Notes: a model not told the origin generated them from the sequence alone. Numbered from the stretch's first letter, positions 9,146 to 20,238 are shown. The stretch is DNA of 64,000 nucleotides from an uncultured Gammaproteobacteria bacterium (GCA_964452565.1 CAYVLY010000001.1:291009-355008), one strand, 5' to 3'. Made by a program: numbers and translations.

Positions 9146-10720
9146 TCAAATATCCTCCTTTTTCTCGCGGATGAATGCCAACCACTCCTCAATAAATCTC
9201 ACCGCAACCTTAAATGGCGACTCAATGATGAAGTCAAAGAAATAGATGAATACATTGATCTTCGATACTTTCAATGAGAGCCAGCGGCCAAAGTGAACAA
9301 TTGGCAGTACAATTATGTCGAAAAGTGATCCAAACACTCCGCGGCGTTGAGGTGATAAAACAATATCACGTGTTGAGCTTCTGATACGGATTCCAAAGAA
9401 TGTTACTAATGACAAGAAGAATAGGAATAGTCCGATTGAAAATGCATTGAAGTTGAGCTGATATAACATTGTCCCAATCGCAGTATAGACCAACACAAAC
9501 ACAAGAGCGTAAACTGAACTGAATATTGTAGACCATGTTCCAAATCGACTCTTTCCAATGCGCACATTCAAATAATCGTGATTAGATCCCACTACTAATG
9601 CGCGCACTGCGGCTTTATAATCTTCGGCATTACGCCGCTCTGCAACCACAACAGTCATTCCAATAAATGCTAGGAATAATGGGTGGAACAAAATGTTGAT
9701 CGCTAGTGGTATTGGGAATAACTCACCATGCATAAGTAAGTCGTACGGGACTTCGAGAATCACAGCTAAAGCCATCTTGGTTATAAACAAGAATAGTACT
9801 GCTCTGATTGTTGTCCTTCGAAGCCTTGTTCTAAATATCTTAGTGCGTTTCTTTAATGCTTTCCAGATTGAACGTCCAAGCAGATCTGGCTCAGATTCAA
9901 CAAATACCTGGAAGTCAGTCGGGTTGTCCTCAATTACATCTTTAATCACCCTAAAGACGCCAGCTTGACGCCTTAACTTTTGTGAAAGTTTTTCGATTAA
10001 TGGATGTTCAATCTGGCCATCAATTGATGCAATCACAGTATCAAGCTCCTCGGAAATCTCTGCAATACGCGATGGAGTAGATGCCCCTGGCCAATCTGGA
10101 TAATACAAGGCCAGCGTTCGATATCGAAGCGTAGCAAGATCTGATTTAAGAAGCGTCTTATGAACCGCAATGTAAAGAAGCAGATCTTTTTGCTCATCAG
10201 TAACTACAATGCTTGGATCCCACTCTGTTCTCGAACGCATCTGCTCATACATGTAGCCCACCATGAGCTCCTGGTTTTGATGAGACACAATCGCATAATC
10301 TAGCTCGGTCGAGATAACATCTAACAAAAACTGAAATGAAAACTCTGGCTTCCTTGTCTTATCAACTGCCTCTAGCAAAGGCCCATATTTAAGGAATACA
10401 GGTTGCAGTTCATTGATAAACTTTACTGGAATCTGCTTATTGGGAAGATACTTTGCCCACACTAGCTCGCGTAGTAAGTTCTCCGCCATGTCTTCAAGTG
10501 GCATGTCACTACCCAAAAATCGACGCAAGATGCGCGAGATAGCATTTCTTCTAAGTAAGTGATCTTCCTGATACTCAAGTGTTGTGCGGACTTTTTCATA
10601 AAGTGAAGCTGCAGTACTTGCCGGAACGCTAACCTCAATAGTCTCTGCACCTTCCTCAAATGGCAATGCACCTTTTGAAGATTGGATGGCTTGAGCAAGT
10701 TGTAACATTCTTTCAGACAT
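9146..10720 (-). CDS. Conserved hypothetical multi-pass membrane protein
   Basis: 524 aa ORF with several C-terminal TM segments. Confidence 0.75.
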   Translation of the reverse strand: MSERMLQLAQAIQSSKGALPFEEGAETIEVSVPASTAASLYEKVRTTLEYQEDHLLRRNAISRILRRFLGSDMPLEDMAENLLRELVWAKYLPNKQIPVKFINELQPVFLKYGPLLEAVDKTRKPEFSFQFLLDVISTELDYAIVSHQNQELMVGYMYEQMRSRTEWDPSIVVTDEQKDLLLYIAVHKTLLKSDLATLRYRTLALYYPDWPGASTPSRIAEISEELDTVIASIDGQIEHPLIEKLSQKLRRQAGVFRVIKDVIEDNPTDFQVFVESEPDLLGRSIWKALKKRTKIFRTRLRRTTIRAVLFLFITKMALAVILEVPYDLLMHGELFPIPLAINILFHPLFLAFIGMTVVVAERRNAEDYKAAVRALVVGSNHDYLNVRIGKSRFGTWSTIFSSVYALVFVLVYTAIGTMLYQLNFNAFSIGLFLFFLSLVTFFGIRIRSSTRDIVLSPQRRGVFGSLFDIIVLPIVHFGRWLSLKVSKINVFIYFFDFIIESPFKVAVRFIEEWLAFIREKKEDI

Positions 10721-10729
10721 AGTTCGATA

Positions 10730-11458
10730 TTAGAAAAATGTTCGCTCCTTCGAGTCTTTAATCAAATCGTATGCCTCCTGTGCCGTGTCAACAACCTTAA
10801 AGATATCTAAATCTTCTACAGCAATGGTGCCATATGTATCTAGCTGCGTTGCTTTTACCCAACTCATAAGCCCTTGCCAATAATCCTTTCCAACCAGGAT
10901 AACTGGAATCTTTTCCGACTTTCCTGTCTGAATCAATGTCAAAATCTCGAACAGCTCATCCATTGTTCCAAATCCACCTGGGAAGTACACATATGCCTGT
11001 GCTGATGCAGCAAGAATAACCTTTCGAGTGAAGAAATAGTGAAACGCCCTGGATGACTTTACATATGGATTAATTCGCTGTTCCATTGGCAATTGAATGT
11101 TGATTCCAACAGACTCTCCCCCAGCTTCATAAGCACCTCGGTTAGCGGCCTCCATTATTCCTGGACCGCCACCAGTTACAACGGTAAAGTCACCATTTGC
11201 TAAAAGTGCACCAAGTTCGACAGCCTCCTGATACCACTTATTATCAGGCGTCAATCGGGTTGATCCAAAGATTGTAATCTCACGATTGGTCTCAGATAAA
11301 AACTGAAAGCCCTCCACAAACTCGGCCATAATACGGAATATCCTCCAGGTTATGTCGGACATTCTTGGAGCCTCACCTGCAAGCTTACACATCTCTGCCT
11401 CCTCATGTGTTAATGGAATTCTTGCGGTCTTTTTTGGTTCTTTTTTTCTTGCAATCAT
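10730..11458 (-). CDS. LOG family protein (TIGR00730 Rossmann fold)
   Basis: TGGGPGIMEAANRGA and PGGFGTMDE motifs. Confidence 0.92.
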   Translation of the reverse strand: MIARKKEPKKTARIPLTHEEAEMCKLAGEAPRMSDITWRIFRIMAEFVEGFQFLSETNREITIFGSTRLTPDNKWYQEAVELGALLANGDFTVVTGGGPGIMEAANRGAYEAGGESVGINIQLPMEQRINPYVKSSRAFHYFFTRKVILAASAQAYVYFPGGFGTMDELFEILTLIQTGKSEKIPVILVGKDYWQGLMSWVKATQLDTYGTIAVEDLDIFKVVDTAQEAYDLIKDSKERTFF

Positions 11459-11610
11459 AAAAATCTCATTTGCTCTATTTTACCACGAATCCGCACATAT
11501 ACATACGGATTAATCCCGAGGTCCAACCTCCTGGAGGTCCAACCTCGATATTGACAATATGTGTTTTTTGATGTATGTTGATCGCCACCCTAAACGTCAT
11601 TGGAGGAGAC

Positions 11611-11763
11611 GTGGATATCCTACTACCGCCCGCGAGAAGCGCTTCGACAGATACGCCTGACCCGTTCCTGGTGCTTGGCGCACTGATCGTCGTGTTCGTG
11701 CCCATTAACTGGGCGTTCATCACTATCTGCGAGTACTTCGGCTGGGGCATCACGCCCACGTAG
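11611..11763 (+). CDS. Small membrane peptide (50 aa, stand-alone islet)
   Basis: TTGACA-17-TATGTT promoter at 11551, GGAGGAG SD before GTG 11611, one TM segment, hairpin aaccccgcac/gtgcagggtt after stop. Confidence 0.5.
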   Translation: MDILLPPARSASTDTPDPFLVLGALIVVFVPINWAFITICEYFGWGITPT

Positions 11764-11900
11764 CCCAGAAATGCTCTCGCAACTCGTAAACCCCGCACCT
11801 CGTGCAGGGTTTCAAGCATCTAAATTCTCAATTCTGCCACTACCCTTCGACTCGCCTGTGGCTCGCTCAGGATAATAGCCATTGCATTCTTCGCTGGCTA

Positions 11901-13601
11901 TTACCATGACCCCCCACCTCCCCCACCAAATCCGCCGCCAGAAAATCCACCTCCGCCAGAACCTGATGAACTAGGCATTGGTGTTGCTGCAGCAGACTGA
12001 ATAGAACTTGCGATAGAATCAAAGCCACCAGTCATTGCCAAAGCCATAAATGCAGTATCCCCTGCATACCAATCTGGCGCTGCTTGATGAACGTCTTTAA
12101 ATGTCTTTGCCCACTGATCAACATCATCGAATGCAATTGCATACGGCAAGTAATCCGCAAATATATGCTCTTTTTCATGCCATGCAGATCGATATCGTTC
12201 TGCTGTGTGCATGAAATCCTTGAACCCGAGCACTTTTCGACGCATCTCTACGCCCTCCTTTGTCAAAGCCGGCATCAAATATCCAAACACGATAATTGCG
12301 ATCCCTGAAGTTGTTCCAACGAATGAAGTAAACAACCCCAGCACTGCCCCCAACACCACACTAAAAGCAAAGACTGCGACCCCCAAAAAGATGAACAACA
12401 CCTGATAAACAAACGACCGCTTCACATAGTATCCATCACTAACTATCTTTTTGCGAAGTTCGGATTTCATCCTATTCATCTTCTGAGCCGGGATAGTGTT
12501 TTTCAACTTCTTGAGTGGTATCTCAGCCATCTTTCCTTTGAAAATCATTTTGTGAAATTGAGCATGAGCTTTATCAAGGCCCTGAGACCCCTTCAAAGGA
12601 ATCAATGTGACCAAAGGCTTGCGTCGATCTTTTCGATTTTTCTTTTTTGTTTCTGCTTTAATCTTTAAATACCCATCTACTGCCATCTGAATAATCATCG
12701 AGGTTAGATGGTCCCGCTTAAGCCGACCATGCACCAACATGCCAGCATAAACTGATTTGATGCCATTAGGTGGTTCATACTCAGCAATAACAGTCTTGTT
12801 CATCTTTGGATCTTTACCACGCGTGTACCACATCCAAAACGTAAATCCGAGGACTAACAACGGGATCAATGCATACCAATTATCAAACACTAACCAAACA
12901 AATCGATCCCACAGAGTTGGCTCGTAAATCTGACCCTTTGTAAACGCAACTGCAACTGTTAGAAAATCATTTGCTTCGAACTGGGCAACGTCACCCGCAT
13001 CATTTTTCGTACAATTCTGCGCAGTTGATCCGTAATAGCCTGTGTAGCAAGAAAACTGCTCAACCTGCGCCCCATCAGGCAAAATCACAGTGGCACTTGA
13101 GCGATCAATCGGAACCTCCCAATCAGTTCCTGTTACATTCCAATACAACTCATCGTACTCATCAAAGTACAAAAAAACTCGATCAACAGTGTAAGTGATC
13201 TCATAAGTATGCGTTCCTGAGATGTATCTATCTGGATCCCCAATACGTAGGCTTACATCGCTATATCCATACGAATAGTTCACCTGCGCGGGCTGTCCAT
13301 CCTGTTGGATATTCAAAACATCAAAATCAGTCTTAAAGCTATTGCCATACGTATCTGTGTATCGCACTGGTATCTCTCGATAGATCCCATGCTTTTGAAT
13401 ATCAAAAGTTACATCAATTGTCTCAGTAACAGTTATCGATGCATCCTCATGGATCTCGATAACTGAATCGAAAGAATCAATCGACCATGTATAAGCTTGA
13501 GCGTCCGATGTTAATCCAAAAGCGAAAAGTATCGCAAGGAATGCGATACTAATACATGTAATTTGCCTTGTTTGAAACATGCTCTTCAAAAGTTGTAGCA
13601 T
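11901..13601 (-). CDS. DUF2207 membrane protein
   Basis: ELYWNVTGTDW, YLPYAIAF and C-terminal GGGFGGGGGGSW; start may be ATG 13580. Confidence 0.88.
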   Translation of the reverse strand: MLQLLKSMFQTRQITCISIAFLAILFAFGLTSDAQAYTWSIDSFDSVIEIHEDASITVTETIDVTFDIQKHGIYREIPVRYTDTYGNSFKTDFDVLNIQQDGQPAQVNYSYGYSDVSLRIGDPDRYISGTHTYEITYTVDRVFLYFDEYDELYWNVTGTDWEVPIDRSSATVILPDGAQVEQFSCYTGYYGSTAQNCTKNDAGDVAQFEANDFLTVAVAFTKGQIYEPTLWDRFVWLVFDNWYALIPLLVLGFTFWMWYTRGKDPKMNKTVIAEYEPPNGIKSVYAGMLVHGRLKRDHLTSMIIQMAVDGYLKIKAETKKKNRKDRRKPLVTLIPLKGSQGLDKAHAQFHKMIFKGKMAEIPLKKLKNTIPAQKMNRMKSELRKKIVSDGYYVKRSFVYQVLFIFLGVAVFAFSVVLGAVLGLFTSFVGTTSGIAIIVFGYLMPALTKEGVEMRRKVLGFKDFMHTAERYRSAWHEKEHIFADYLPYAIAFDDVDQWAKTFKDVHQAAPDWYAGDTAFMALAMTGGFDSIASSIQSAAATPMPSSSGSGGGGFSGGGFGGGGGGSW

Positions 13602-14574
13602 ATATTGTCTCTCCGTCAGGAGTTGCTAAAAAGTAGTAGTAGCTGTTTGGTGTTGGTGAGATAACTGACTCAATTGCAGCAAGTCCTGGATTGGCAATTG
13701 GCCCAGGTGGTAGACCTGCATACATATAAGTATTATACGGTGAATCGATCTCTAGGTCTTCGGCCGACGCTGCTGGATCATCCTTACCTGTCACATAATT
13801 AATGGTTGAACAGGCCTGCAACGCCATACTTATCTCAAGGCGTTTTAGAAAGACGTCGGCAACAATCTTCATTTCTTCAGAAGACGGGACTTCTTTTTCG
13901 ATAATTGATGCTAGCGTCAGAAGCTCATGGATTGACTCAACGTATCGCACGTTTTCGATCCCCTCGATAAACTCAACATTTTCTTGCATCTCGTCGACGA
14001 GGGTCGTCACGATCGTCTCAGCAGTCGAGTCTGGATAAAAACGATACGTATCTGGGAAAAGATATCCCTCAAGGTCAACATCATCTGGCTTTCCGGCACT
14101 AATGATAAATGCGTGACTCTCTAACGGCGAGTTTATTCCAGTCCAATAGTCCCAATCTTCTGGCGTAATTTCGAATTGCGATATAACAACCTCTCCAATC
14201 TGATCAAGATTGTAACCTTCCGGAATAGTAATCGATATATCCTGACCAGCTGTGTACTCAGTCATCATGTCAATGAGATGAGCGTAGCTAATCCTTGGTT
14301 GCAACTGATAAACACCCGCACGGATCGATCCAGCAGAACCATTAAGCTTTGCATAGAACGTGAACCAAAAATCTGATGCAATAAAACCCTGTTCTTCAAG
14401 GTCATCAGCGACTTGTGAGAAACTAGCTCCCTGCTCTACAGTAAACAAAACTGGATCGATCTTGTCAGATGGATCCTGGATCCAAAACCGATACGATTGT
14501 GTGATTATCGTTATAAAGATAATCGCAACCAATACAGCTGCAGCAATCAAACATGCAATAAGTTTTTTTATCAT
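13549..14574 (-). CDS. mltG: Endolytic transglycosylase MltG
   Basis: ITIPEG, LEGYLFPDTY, LASIIEKE, SPYNTY...GLPPGPIANPG. Confidence 0.93.
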   Translation of the reverse strand: MIKKLIACLIAAAVLVAIIFITIITQSYRFWIQDPSDKIDPVLFTVEQGASFSQVADDLEEQGFIASDFWFTFYAKLNGSAGSIRAGVYQLQPRISYAHLIDMMTEYTAGQDISITIPEGYNLDQIGEVVISQFEITPEDWDYWTGINSPLESHAFIISAGKPDDVDLEGYLFPDTYRFYPDSTAETIVTTLVDEMQENVEFIEGIENVRYVESIHELLTLASIIEKEVPSSEEMKIVADVFLKRLEISMALQACSTINYVTGKDDPAASAEDLEIDSPYNTYMYAGLPPGPIANPGLAAIESVISPTPNSYYYFLATPDGETIYATTFEEHVSNKANYMY

Positions 14575-14586
14575 ATATCAGATACC

Positions 14587-14666
14587 TCCATCCCGAGCAA
14601 AGTCGAGGGATCTCACGAATCTAGTTTCGAGAGATCTTTCGACTCGCTTTGCTCGCTCAAGATGGA
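14587..14666. repeat. REP-like palindrome (CATCCYGAGC...AGATC family)
   Basis: ccatcccgagcaaagtcgagggatctc...gagatctttcgactcg...ctcaagatgg; related copies at 11843, 18432, 26568, 31010, 39703, 41675, 45579, 60403. Confidence 0.75.
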
Positions 14667-14673
14667 AAAATAT

Positions 14674-15084
14674 TTAATCAATCTTAACTGGCTGCCACGA
14701 GTCATTAAGGGGCAACAGCTCGGAAAGTGTTTTAGTCTCTGTTTCTGAAATTAGAACTTCCGCATTTAGATTATCTTTACTGACATGCTTCATGAACTGC
14801 CTGCAGGCACCACAAGGTGAAACAACAAAAATCCCTCCCTTGTCATCTTTCCAAACAGCAACGATCTTACTTATCTTCTCCTCACCTGCTTTGATCATTT
14901 CCGCAATTGCAGCCTGCTCTGCGCACATGCCGAGCATTGCTGGTAGATCAATACAGACACCAGTGAAAACATTGCCTTGCTCAGTTTCTAAAGCGCAGCC
15001 AATATTACCGGCCTCACTTTCGCTTTCAAGCTTTCGATAATTAATGACGCTCGCTGCTTTTTTAATTAACTCAATGTCAGTCAT
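14674..15084 (-). CDS. cdd: Cytidine deaminase family protein
   Basis: CAEQAAI and SPCGACRQ zinc motifs. Confidence 0.85.
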   Translation of the reverse strand: MTDIELIKKAASVINYRKLESESEAGNIGCALETEQGNVFTGVCIDLPAMLGMCAEQAAIAEMIKAGEEKISKIVAVWKDDKGGIFVVSPCGACRQFMKHVSKDNLNAEVLISETETKTLSELLPLNDSWQPVKID

Positions 15085-15086
15085 AT

Positions 15087-15839
15087 TTAATTATCTAATA
15101 AATTATCTTCAATATGCTTTGCAACACGATCAAGACGTGTGTGGGTTCCAGAGTCAAACCAAGACTCAGTAGCATGATAAAAGCCAAGATCGTGATTGCT
15201 CTTATCTAATAGCGGCCAGATGTCTGTCTCGTTTGAGATCGGTGACTGTTCAGGAATCAAATCTTTGACCTTTGGAGTCATAATATACCAACCAGATGAA
15301 ACAAAGATCGAATCTCTGTTTTTGACATGAGGTTCACATTCGCTTCGGTCAATATAATTTGTTAAACGCTCCTTTTCATCATCATGCAACAAAACTTCGT
15401 ATGCCGAATTCTTATCGACTGGAATCTGAATCGCCGCGATCGTTGCAGCGCCGTCGATATTTTTCTGACGGTTCATGAACTTATCAATATCAATCCAGAA
15501 GAGATTGTCGGCATTCGCTAGAATAAATTGATCATCAAGCTGATCCCAATCAACAAGCTGTGACCAACCACCTGTTCCCATTGGCTCAGGCTCTTCAAGA
15601 TAAGAAATGTTCATTCCAAAATCTGATCCATCGCCAAAATAATCCTTAATCTGATCACCCATGTGTGCAATCGACAAAGCCACGTTGGTTATCCCGTGTG
15701 CCTTAAGATGATCAAGGACGTATTCGATCATTGGCCGACCGTGAATCGGAACCATTGGCTTTGGGCAATTATCAGTCAAAGGCGCTAGCCTTGTCCCCCT
15801 TCCTCCTGCTAGCAAAATCGCTTGAATCTTGTCGTTCAT
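15087..15839 (-). CDS. NDP-sugar pyrophosphorylase / nucleotidyltransferase
   Basis: LAGGRGTRLAPLT...PKPM, EPEPMGTGG. Confidence 0.88.
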   Translation of the reverse strand: MNDKIQAILLAGGRGTRLAPLTDNCPKPMVPIHGRPMIEYVLDHLKAHGITNVALSIAHMGDQIKDYFGDGSDFGMNISYLEEPEPMGTGGWSQLVDWDQLDDQFILANADNLFWIDIDKFMNRQKNIDGAATIAAIQIPVDKNSAYEVLLHDDEKERLTNYIDRSECEPHVKNRDSIFVSSGWYIMTPKVKDLIPEQSPISNETDIWPLLDKSNHDLGFYHATESWFDSGTHTRLDRVAKHIEDNLLDN

Positions 15840-15883
15840 AATAGGAATATTGTATCGATTTGAGGGTATTCTGTCGAATTCTT

Positions 15884-15930
15884 AAGTTAGTTGAACTAAG
15901 TTAGTTGAACCAAAATAGTTCAACTAACTT
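15884..15930. repeat. Distal copy of the RAYT-flanking palindrome
   Basis: aagttagttgaactaagttagttgaaccaaaatagttcaactaactt. Confidence 0.7.
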
Positions 15931-16015
15931 TTTAGGATCGATTTATTTCGAATACGGAATGCAAAAAACCCTGCACCAGACGGCACAGGGCACGAAACGA
16001 ATCCATCTTTGACTA

Positions 16016-16351
16016 CTACCCCCAAATAGCCCTTGCAACAAGTCGATTTTGATCAGTACGCTCTCTTCCCGCATCGGTACGTCTATATCGATTAACATTC
16101 CCACTTCTACCCTGCGGTGGCCACGAAGAAGATCTTCGACATGTCAGCAACCCCTCTTGAACCATTTTACGAGCCTCTCTTTGCAAGCTTGGCTTACTTG
16201 GGATGCTATTTTCGTCACAGCCCCTGTTCCTAAGTCTTGCAATTATCTGATCAATACTCAGCGAACTGCCCGTGGCAGCAAGCGCTCCGAGTATCAATGC
16301 ATCGGCCCGAATTATCACATTTGTTTTGCGAGCGCTCTTCTTCTTGGACAT
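16016..16351 (-). CDS. Winged-helix DNA-binding protein (PadR-like)
   Basis: LILGAL...SLQREARKMVQEGLL...YRRTDAGRE pattern; GGAGG SD. Confidence 0.6.
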   Translation of the reverse strand: MSKKKSARKTNVIIRADALILGALAATGSSLSIDQIIARLRNRGCDENSIPSKPSLQREARKMVQEGLLTCRRSSSWPPQGRSGNVNRYRRTDAGRERTDQNRLVARAIWG

Positions 16352-16479
16352 CTCAAACCTCCTTGAACGATTCTAAAAATAGATAATCACACTTCTCTCT
16401 TTGAGTCAATGCAATAAGCCCTGCACCAGGTGGTACAGGGCGCAGACCGCTCTCCAAGGCCGTCGGTCGAATTGTTGAA

Positions 16480-16770
16480 TCATCCACAGCGGCTGGCGAG
16501 CAGGGCAAAGAGAAAGATGCCAGTGACGAAGCCCCATCCGGCCAGGTCGTAGCGACCACCCTTCTTGTAGAGCAATTCGGACCGCTTGTGGATCCCTTCG
16601 AGCTCAGGAGTGATCTTCTGCCCCTCTGCCTTTGCTGCACGATACGGTCGGTCCATGACGAGCGACCTGTCTTTCGCACGCCCGCCCAACCACACCATGA
16701 GCACGAAGCCGACAACGCAAGCACCAGTGAGTGCGGCCAACACAAGGAACATAACGCTCATTCTTTTCAC
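16480..16770 (-). CDS. Small two-TM hypothetical protein
   Basis: Two hydrophobic segments, GGGAGG SD (start probably ATG 16761), own terminator. Confidence 0.55.
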   Translation of the reverse strand: MKRMSVMFLVLAALTGACVVGFVLMVWLGGRAKDRSLVMDRPYRAAKAEGQKITPELEGIHKRSELLYKKGGRYDLAGWGFVTGIFLFALLASRCG

Positions 16771-16856
16771 CTCCCGCAGTTATGAGAATAAGTCGTTCAA
16801 ATTAAAGCAGATCGAAAACAAAAAATCAACCCTCACTTCTCAGGTTGATCATTAAA

Positions 16857-17357
16857 CTAACTCAAATAGAAAAATGCAACCGAAATCAGCACTCCTAGAA
16901 TTGATCCAGCGATAACGTCTACAAAGTAATGAACCCCCACCACGATTCTGGACCAGGCAATATACAAAGCTAGTAGATAAAATGCGATCACAAACGCCCA
17001 GGCATGCTCCAGACTAGACTGACAAAATGCGTATGACAATACTGTCGAGAACGAAAAACTCGCTGCTGCATGTGCTGATGGAAAAGAATATGTTTTGATC
17101 GCCAGATGATACACAGTGTTATGCTCTGGTGGTCTATGCCGCTTAACCAAAAATTGAAGTAAGAGCGTCAAACCAGTTGCAATGATCACGGGCGACAACC
17201 AATAAAATACCTTTGAGGTATCGTTAACCACAAACAAAAGTCCAATCATCACAAGGCCGTACAAATACAAACCAAGTTCTGAAATATGCGACCAGAACGA
17301 ATACTCAGGATGAAAAGCTTTTTGAATCTTTGCAGAAACTTTCTTATCCCACTTCAT
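16857..17357 (-). CDS. PAP2 family phosphatase
   Basis: KRHRP, SFPSAH, SRIVVGVHYFVD motifs. Confidence 0.9.
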   Translation of the reverse strand: MKWDKKVSAKIQKAFHPEYSFWSHISELGLYLYGLVMIGLLFVVNDTSKVFYWLSPVIIATGLTLLLQFLVKRHRPPEHNTVYHLAIKTYSFPSAHAAASFSFSTVLSYAFCQSSLEHAWAFVIAFYLLALYIAWSRIVVGVHYFVDVIAGSILGVLISVAFFYLS

Positions 17358-17478
17358 AGAAAGTCAACTATAGCTCACTTTTTACTTCAAGGTTCAACCT
17401 CCGAGGTTTAACCTTAGAATTAATATGTAATAGTATAACAAAAAACCGCGCGATTAACCCGCACGGTTTTTAAATCAA

Positions 17479-18342
17479 CTATTCAACAGGAATATATTCA
17501 CGATCACAACTAAATTCAAACACATCAGAATCAAATTCCGAATATCCTGCGCAATGTTCAATTAGATCAGTTGCTCCGGAGTCAATATCAAGATAATAAC
17601 CACTCCAACCTAAATACCCCATGTCCCCATAACCTTTCACGAAAATCACGCCTAACTCTGGTGCATTAACAAGATTATAGCTGAAATCCATGACTTCACT
17701 GATCGGCTGATGAACCAACCAATGTACTTCGTCTTGATTCAAGTCGGTTGTGAGAACAAACATTTCATGAGTTCCGCTTGATCCCACCAGGTAAACAACT
17801 CCGTCATGAAAACAAAGCTCGCGATAGTAATCAATGTAATCTGTCATGATCTGGTTATCAAGTAAACCGATTAGCTCGTCCGAACCATCCACGCTATCCA
17901 TATAGTCATAGACTAGACCATGAAAACTATCAAGAAAAACAATTGAATCTTGAACTTCCTCAACTGTCAACAAAGTTTGACCGCCAACAGCAGTGTTAGC
18001 CATATCAGCAACCATCTGACATGACTCTATACCATCGTCATCAGCAGAATTAAGAGAATAGATATATGTCACCTGCGATAGATCTGATATTAATTCTGAT
18101 CCTGAAGTATTCTTTACTACAGGTATTCCAGCCGCACCCTCTGCTACAACAATTTCGCACTCCTCACACTTTTCGCACTCTTCATGATCGCATGGTGCGG
18201 GCCAGTAGAGATATCCTGCCACAGCGCCAGCTGCAACAACCAATAATAATACGATCGAGACAATCACCCATGGAAGTGATGATTTGTGGCACACGTGAGC
18301 CTCTGGCTGCACTTGCGGCTGCTCTGGAATTTGTTCAGGCAT
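17479..18342 (-). CDS. Membrane-anchored acidic hypothetical protein
   Basis: N-terminal TM then CxxxxCxxCxxC linker; 287 aa. Confidence 0.7.
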   Translation of the reverse strand: MPEQIPEQPQVQPEAHVCHKSSLPWVIVSIVLLLVVAAGAVAGYLYWPAPCDHEECEKCEECEIVVAEGAAGIPVVKNTSGSELISDLSQVTYIYSLNSADDDGIESCQMVADMANTAVGGQTLLTVEEVQDSIVFLDSFHGLVYDYMDSVDGSDELIGLLDNQIMTDYIDYYRELCFHDGVVYLVGSSGTHEMFVLTTDLNQDEVHWLVHQPISEVMDFSYNLVNAPELGVIFVKGYGDMGYLGWSGYYLDIDSGATDLIEHCAGYSEFDSDVFEFSCDREYIPVE

Positions 18343-18377
18343 AATAAATGTTTAAAATGTTTAAATTATTTTCTTTT

Positions 18378-18491
18378 TGTCATCCCGGCCCCTGAGCCGC
18401 CTGCCGGCAGGCAGGGGATCCATCGTTGCTGTCATCCTGAACGAAGTGAAAGATCTACTCGAGTAGATTCTTCGCTACGCCCAGAATGACA
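18378..18491. repeat. Composite REP-like cluster
   Basis: tgtcatcccggc...gggatcc followed by tgtcatcctgaacgaagtgaaagatct...agattcttcgctacgcccagaatgaca. Confidence 0.7.
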
Positions 18492-18502
18492 AACAAGTAT
18501 AG

Positions 18503-20095
18503 CTATTCAACCAACACACTTCCGGTCATCTCATCTGGTGCATCAAGGCCCATCATTGATAAAAACGTTGGCGCTATATCTGCAAGCATTCCAACTGGAG
18601 GAACACGCGACAAATCCTTACTAGGGATATCACCCGTGACTCCTGACTTTCCTTCAAGCCGGTTTGCAACGACCCAAAGCGGAACTGGGTTTGTACTATG
18701 TTCCTTATCGATTCCTCCTGTTTGCAAGTTCTTTACTTCCTCTGCGTTACCATGATCTGATGTAATCATTACCATCCCATCTTTTTTCAAAACTTCTTTA
18801 ACGATCTTCCCGAGGCAATCATCAACAACTTCAACAGCTTGAATCGTAGCGTCTAGATTGCCAGTATGCGCAACCATGTCTGGATTTGCAAAATTAACAA
18901 AAATCGCATCATAGTTATCAGTTTTGACTTCTTTGATAATCCTATCAGTAAGTTGATATGCAGACATCTCTGGCTGCTGGTCATAACGCGGCACATGCGG
19001 CGACGGAATAATTATATGATCTTCCTGATCAAACGGCTGCTCCTGTTTACCATTCAAAAAATAAGTAACGTGTGCGTATTTTTCAGTCTCTGCAATGTGC
19101 AGCTGTACCAGCTTCTTTTTTGCAATAACTTCACACAAAGTGTTGCTAACCTTTTCTGGTGGAAATGCAACTTCAACTGGTAGCCCCTTTTCATACTCTG
19201 TCATGCAAACAAAATGCAAATTTTCAACATAGTCTCGATCAAACTTATGAAAGGTTGGTAAAGTAAATGCCTTTGTAAGTTGACGTGCACGATCTGACCG
19301 ATAGTTATAAAAAATCATTGCATCACCATCATTAACTTTTGCAACTGGCTCGCCACGTTTGGTTATTACAACAGGAACAAACTCCTCATCAAAAACTTCT
19401 TTAGCATAAGATGCTTTTAATGCCTCGAGCGGATCCTCAAATGTCTGAGTTGACGAACCGTCGACCATTGCTCGATACGTCTTTTCGGTCCTATCCCATC
19501 GATTATCACGGTCCATTGCGTAATAACGTCCAGATATGGTCGCGATCTGACCGATCCGGAAATCAGAGATCTTCTGCTGTAAAGCACCAACAAAATCAAT
19601 TCCAGAATTATAAAGTGAATCACAGCCATCCAAAAAAACATGGATTGCCAGGTTTTCAACTCCCCGCTGCTTAGCGAGCTCCATCAGTTCATAGCAATGC
19701 CGATTAAATCCATGCACTTTCCCAGCTGAGAGCACCCCCATCAGATGCAATGTTCCGCCAGTTTTTTTTACATGCTCTGCTGCTGATACTAACTTTTCAT
19801 TTTCAAAAAAACTCTTGTCTTCAATTGCATTGTCAATTCGCGGCAAGTCTTGATAATGAACTCTGCCAGCACCAATTGTTAAATGACCAACCTCAGAATT
19901 ACCCATCTCTCCCCAAGGCAGACCAACTGTCTCGCCAGCAGCACGCAGAATCATGGTTGGATAGCGCTGTGTTAGCATGTCGAGCGTTGGGGTTTTTGCT
20001 TTGGTAATAGCGTTTCCAGAAGCGTCGGGCGCAATACCAAAACCATCCAATACTATCAGTACAGCTGGCCGCGGGCGTTTTTTATTATCTGGCAT
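18503..20095 (-). CDS. gpmI: 2,3-bisphosphoglycerate-independent phosphoglycerate mutase
   Basis: LDGFG, MGNSEVGH, GRYYAMDRD, AETEKYAHVTYF, DHGNAE. Confidence 0.96.
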   Translation of the reverse strand: MPDNKKRPRPAVLIVLDGFGIAPDASGNAITKAKTPTLDMLTQRYPTMILRAAGETVGLPWGEMGNSEVGHLTIGAGRVHYQDLPRIDNAIEDKSFFENEKLVSAAEHVKKTGGTLHLMGVLSAGKVHGFNRHCYELMELAKQRGVENLAIHVFLDGCDSLYNSGIDFVGALQQKISDFRIGQIATISGRYYAMDRDNRWDRTEKTYRAMVDGSSTQTFEDPLEALKASYAKEVFDEEFVPVVITKRGEPVAKVNDGDAMIFYNYRSDRARQLTKAFTLPTFHKFDRDYVENLHFVCMTEYEKGLPVEVAFPPEKVSNTLCEVIAKKKLVQLHIAETEKYAHVTYFLNGKQEQPFDQEDHIIIPSPHVPRYDQQPEMSAYQLTDRIIKEVKTDNYDAIFVNFANPDMVAHTGNLDATIQAVEVVDDCLGKIVKEVLKKDGMVMITSDHGNAEEVKNLQTGGIDKEHSTNPVPLWVVANRLEGKSGVTGDIPSKDLSRVPPVGMLADIAPTFLSMMGLDAPDEMTGSVLVE

Positions 20096-20238
20096 AGTGG
20101 ATTGATTATATCAAATGTAGGCGGTATGCAGTAGGCGGTATGCAGCAATAAAAAACCCGCCCCAGTTGGGACGAGCGCGCACAAAGAAATGTGCTGTATC
20201 CGCGATGTTTGGACCTACGTCAGTCCAATCGCGACTTG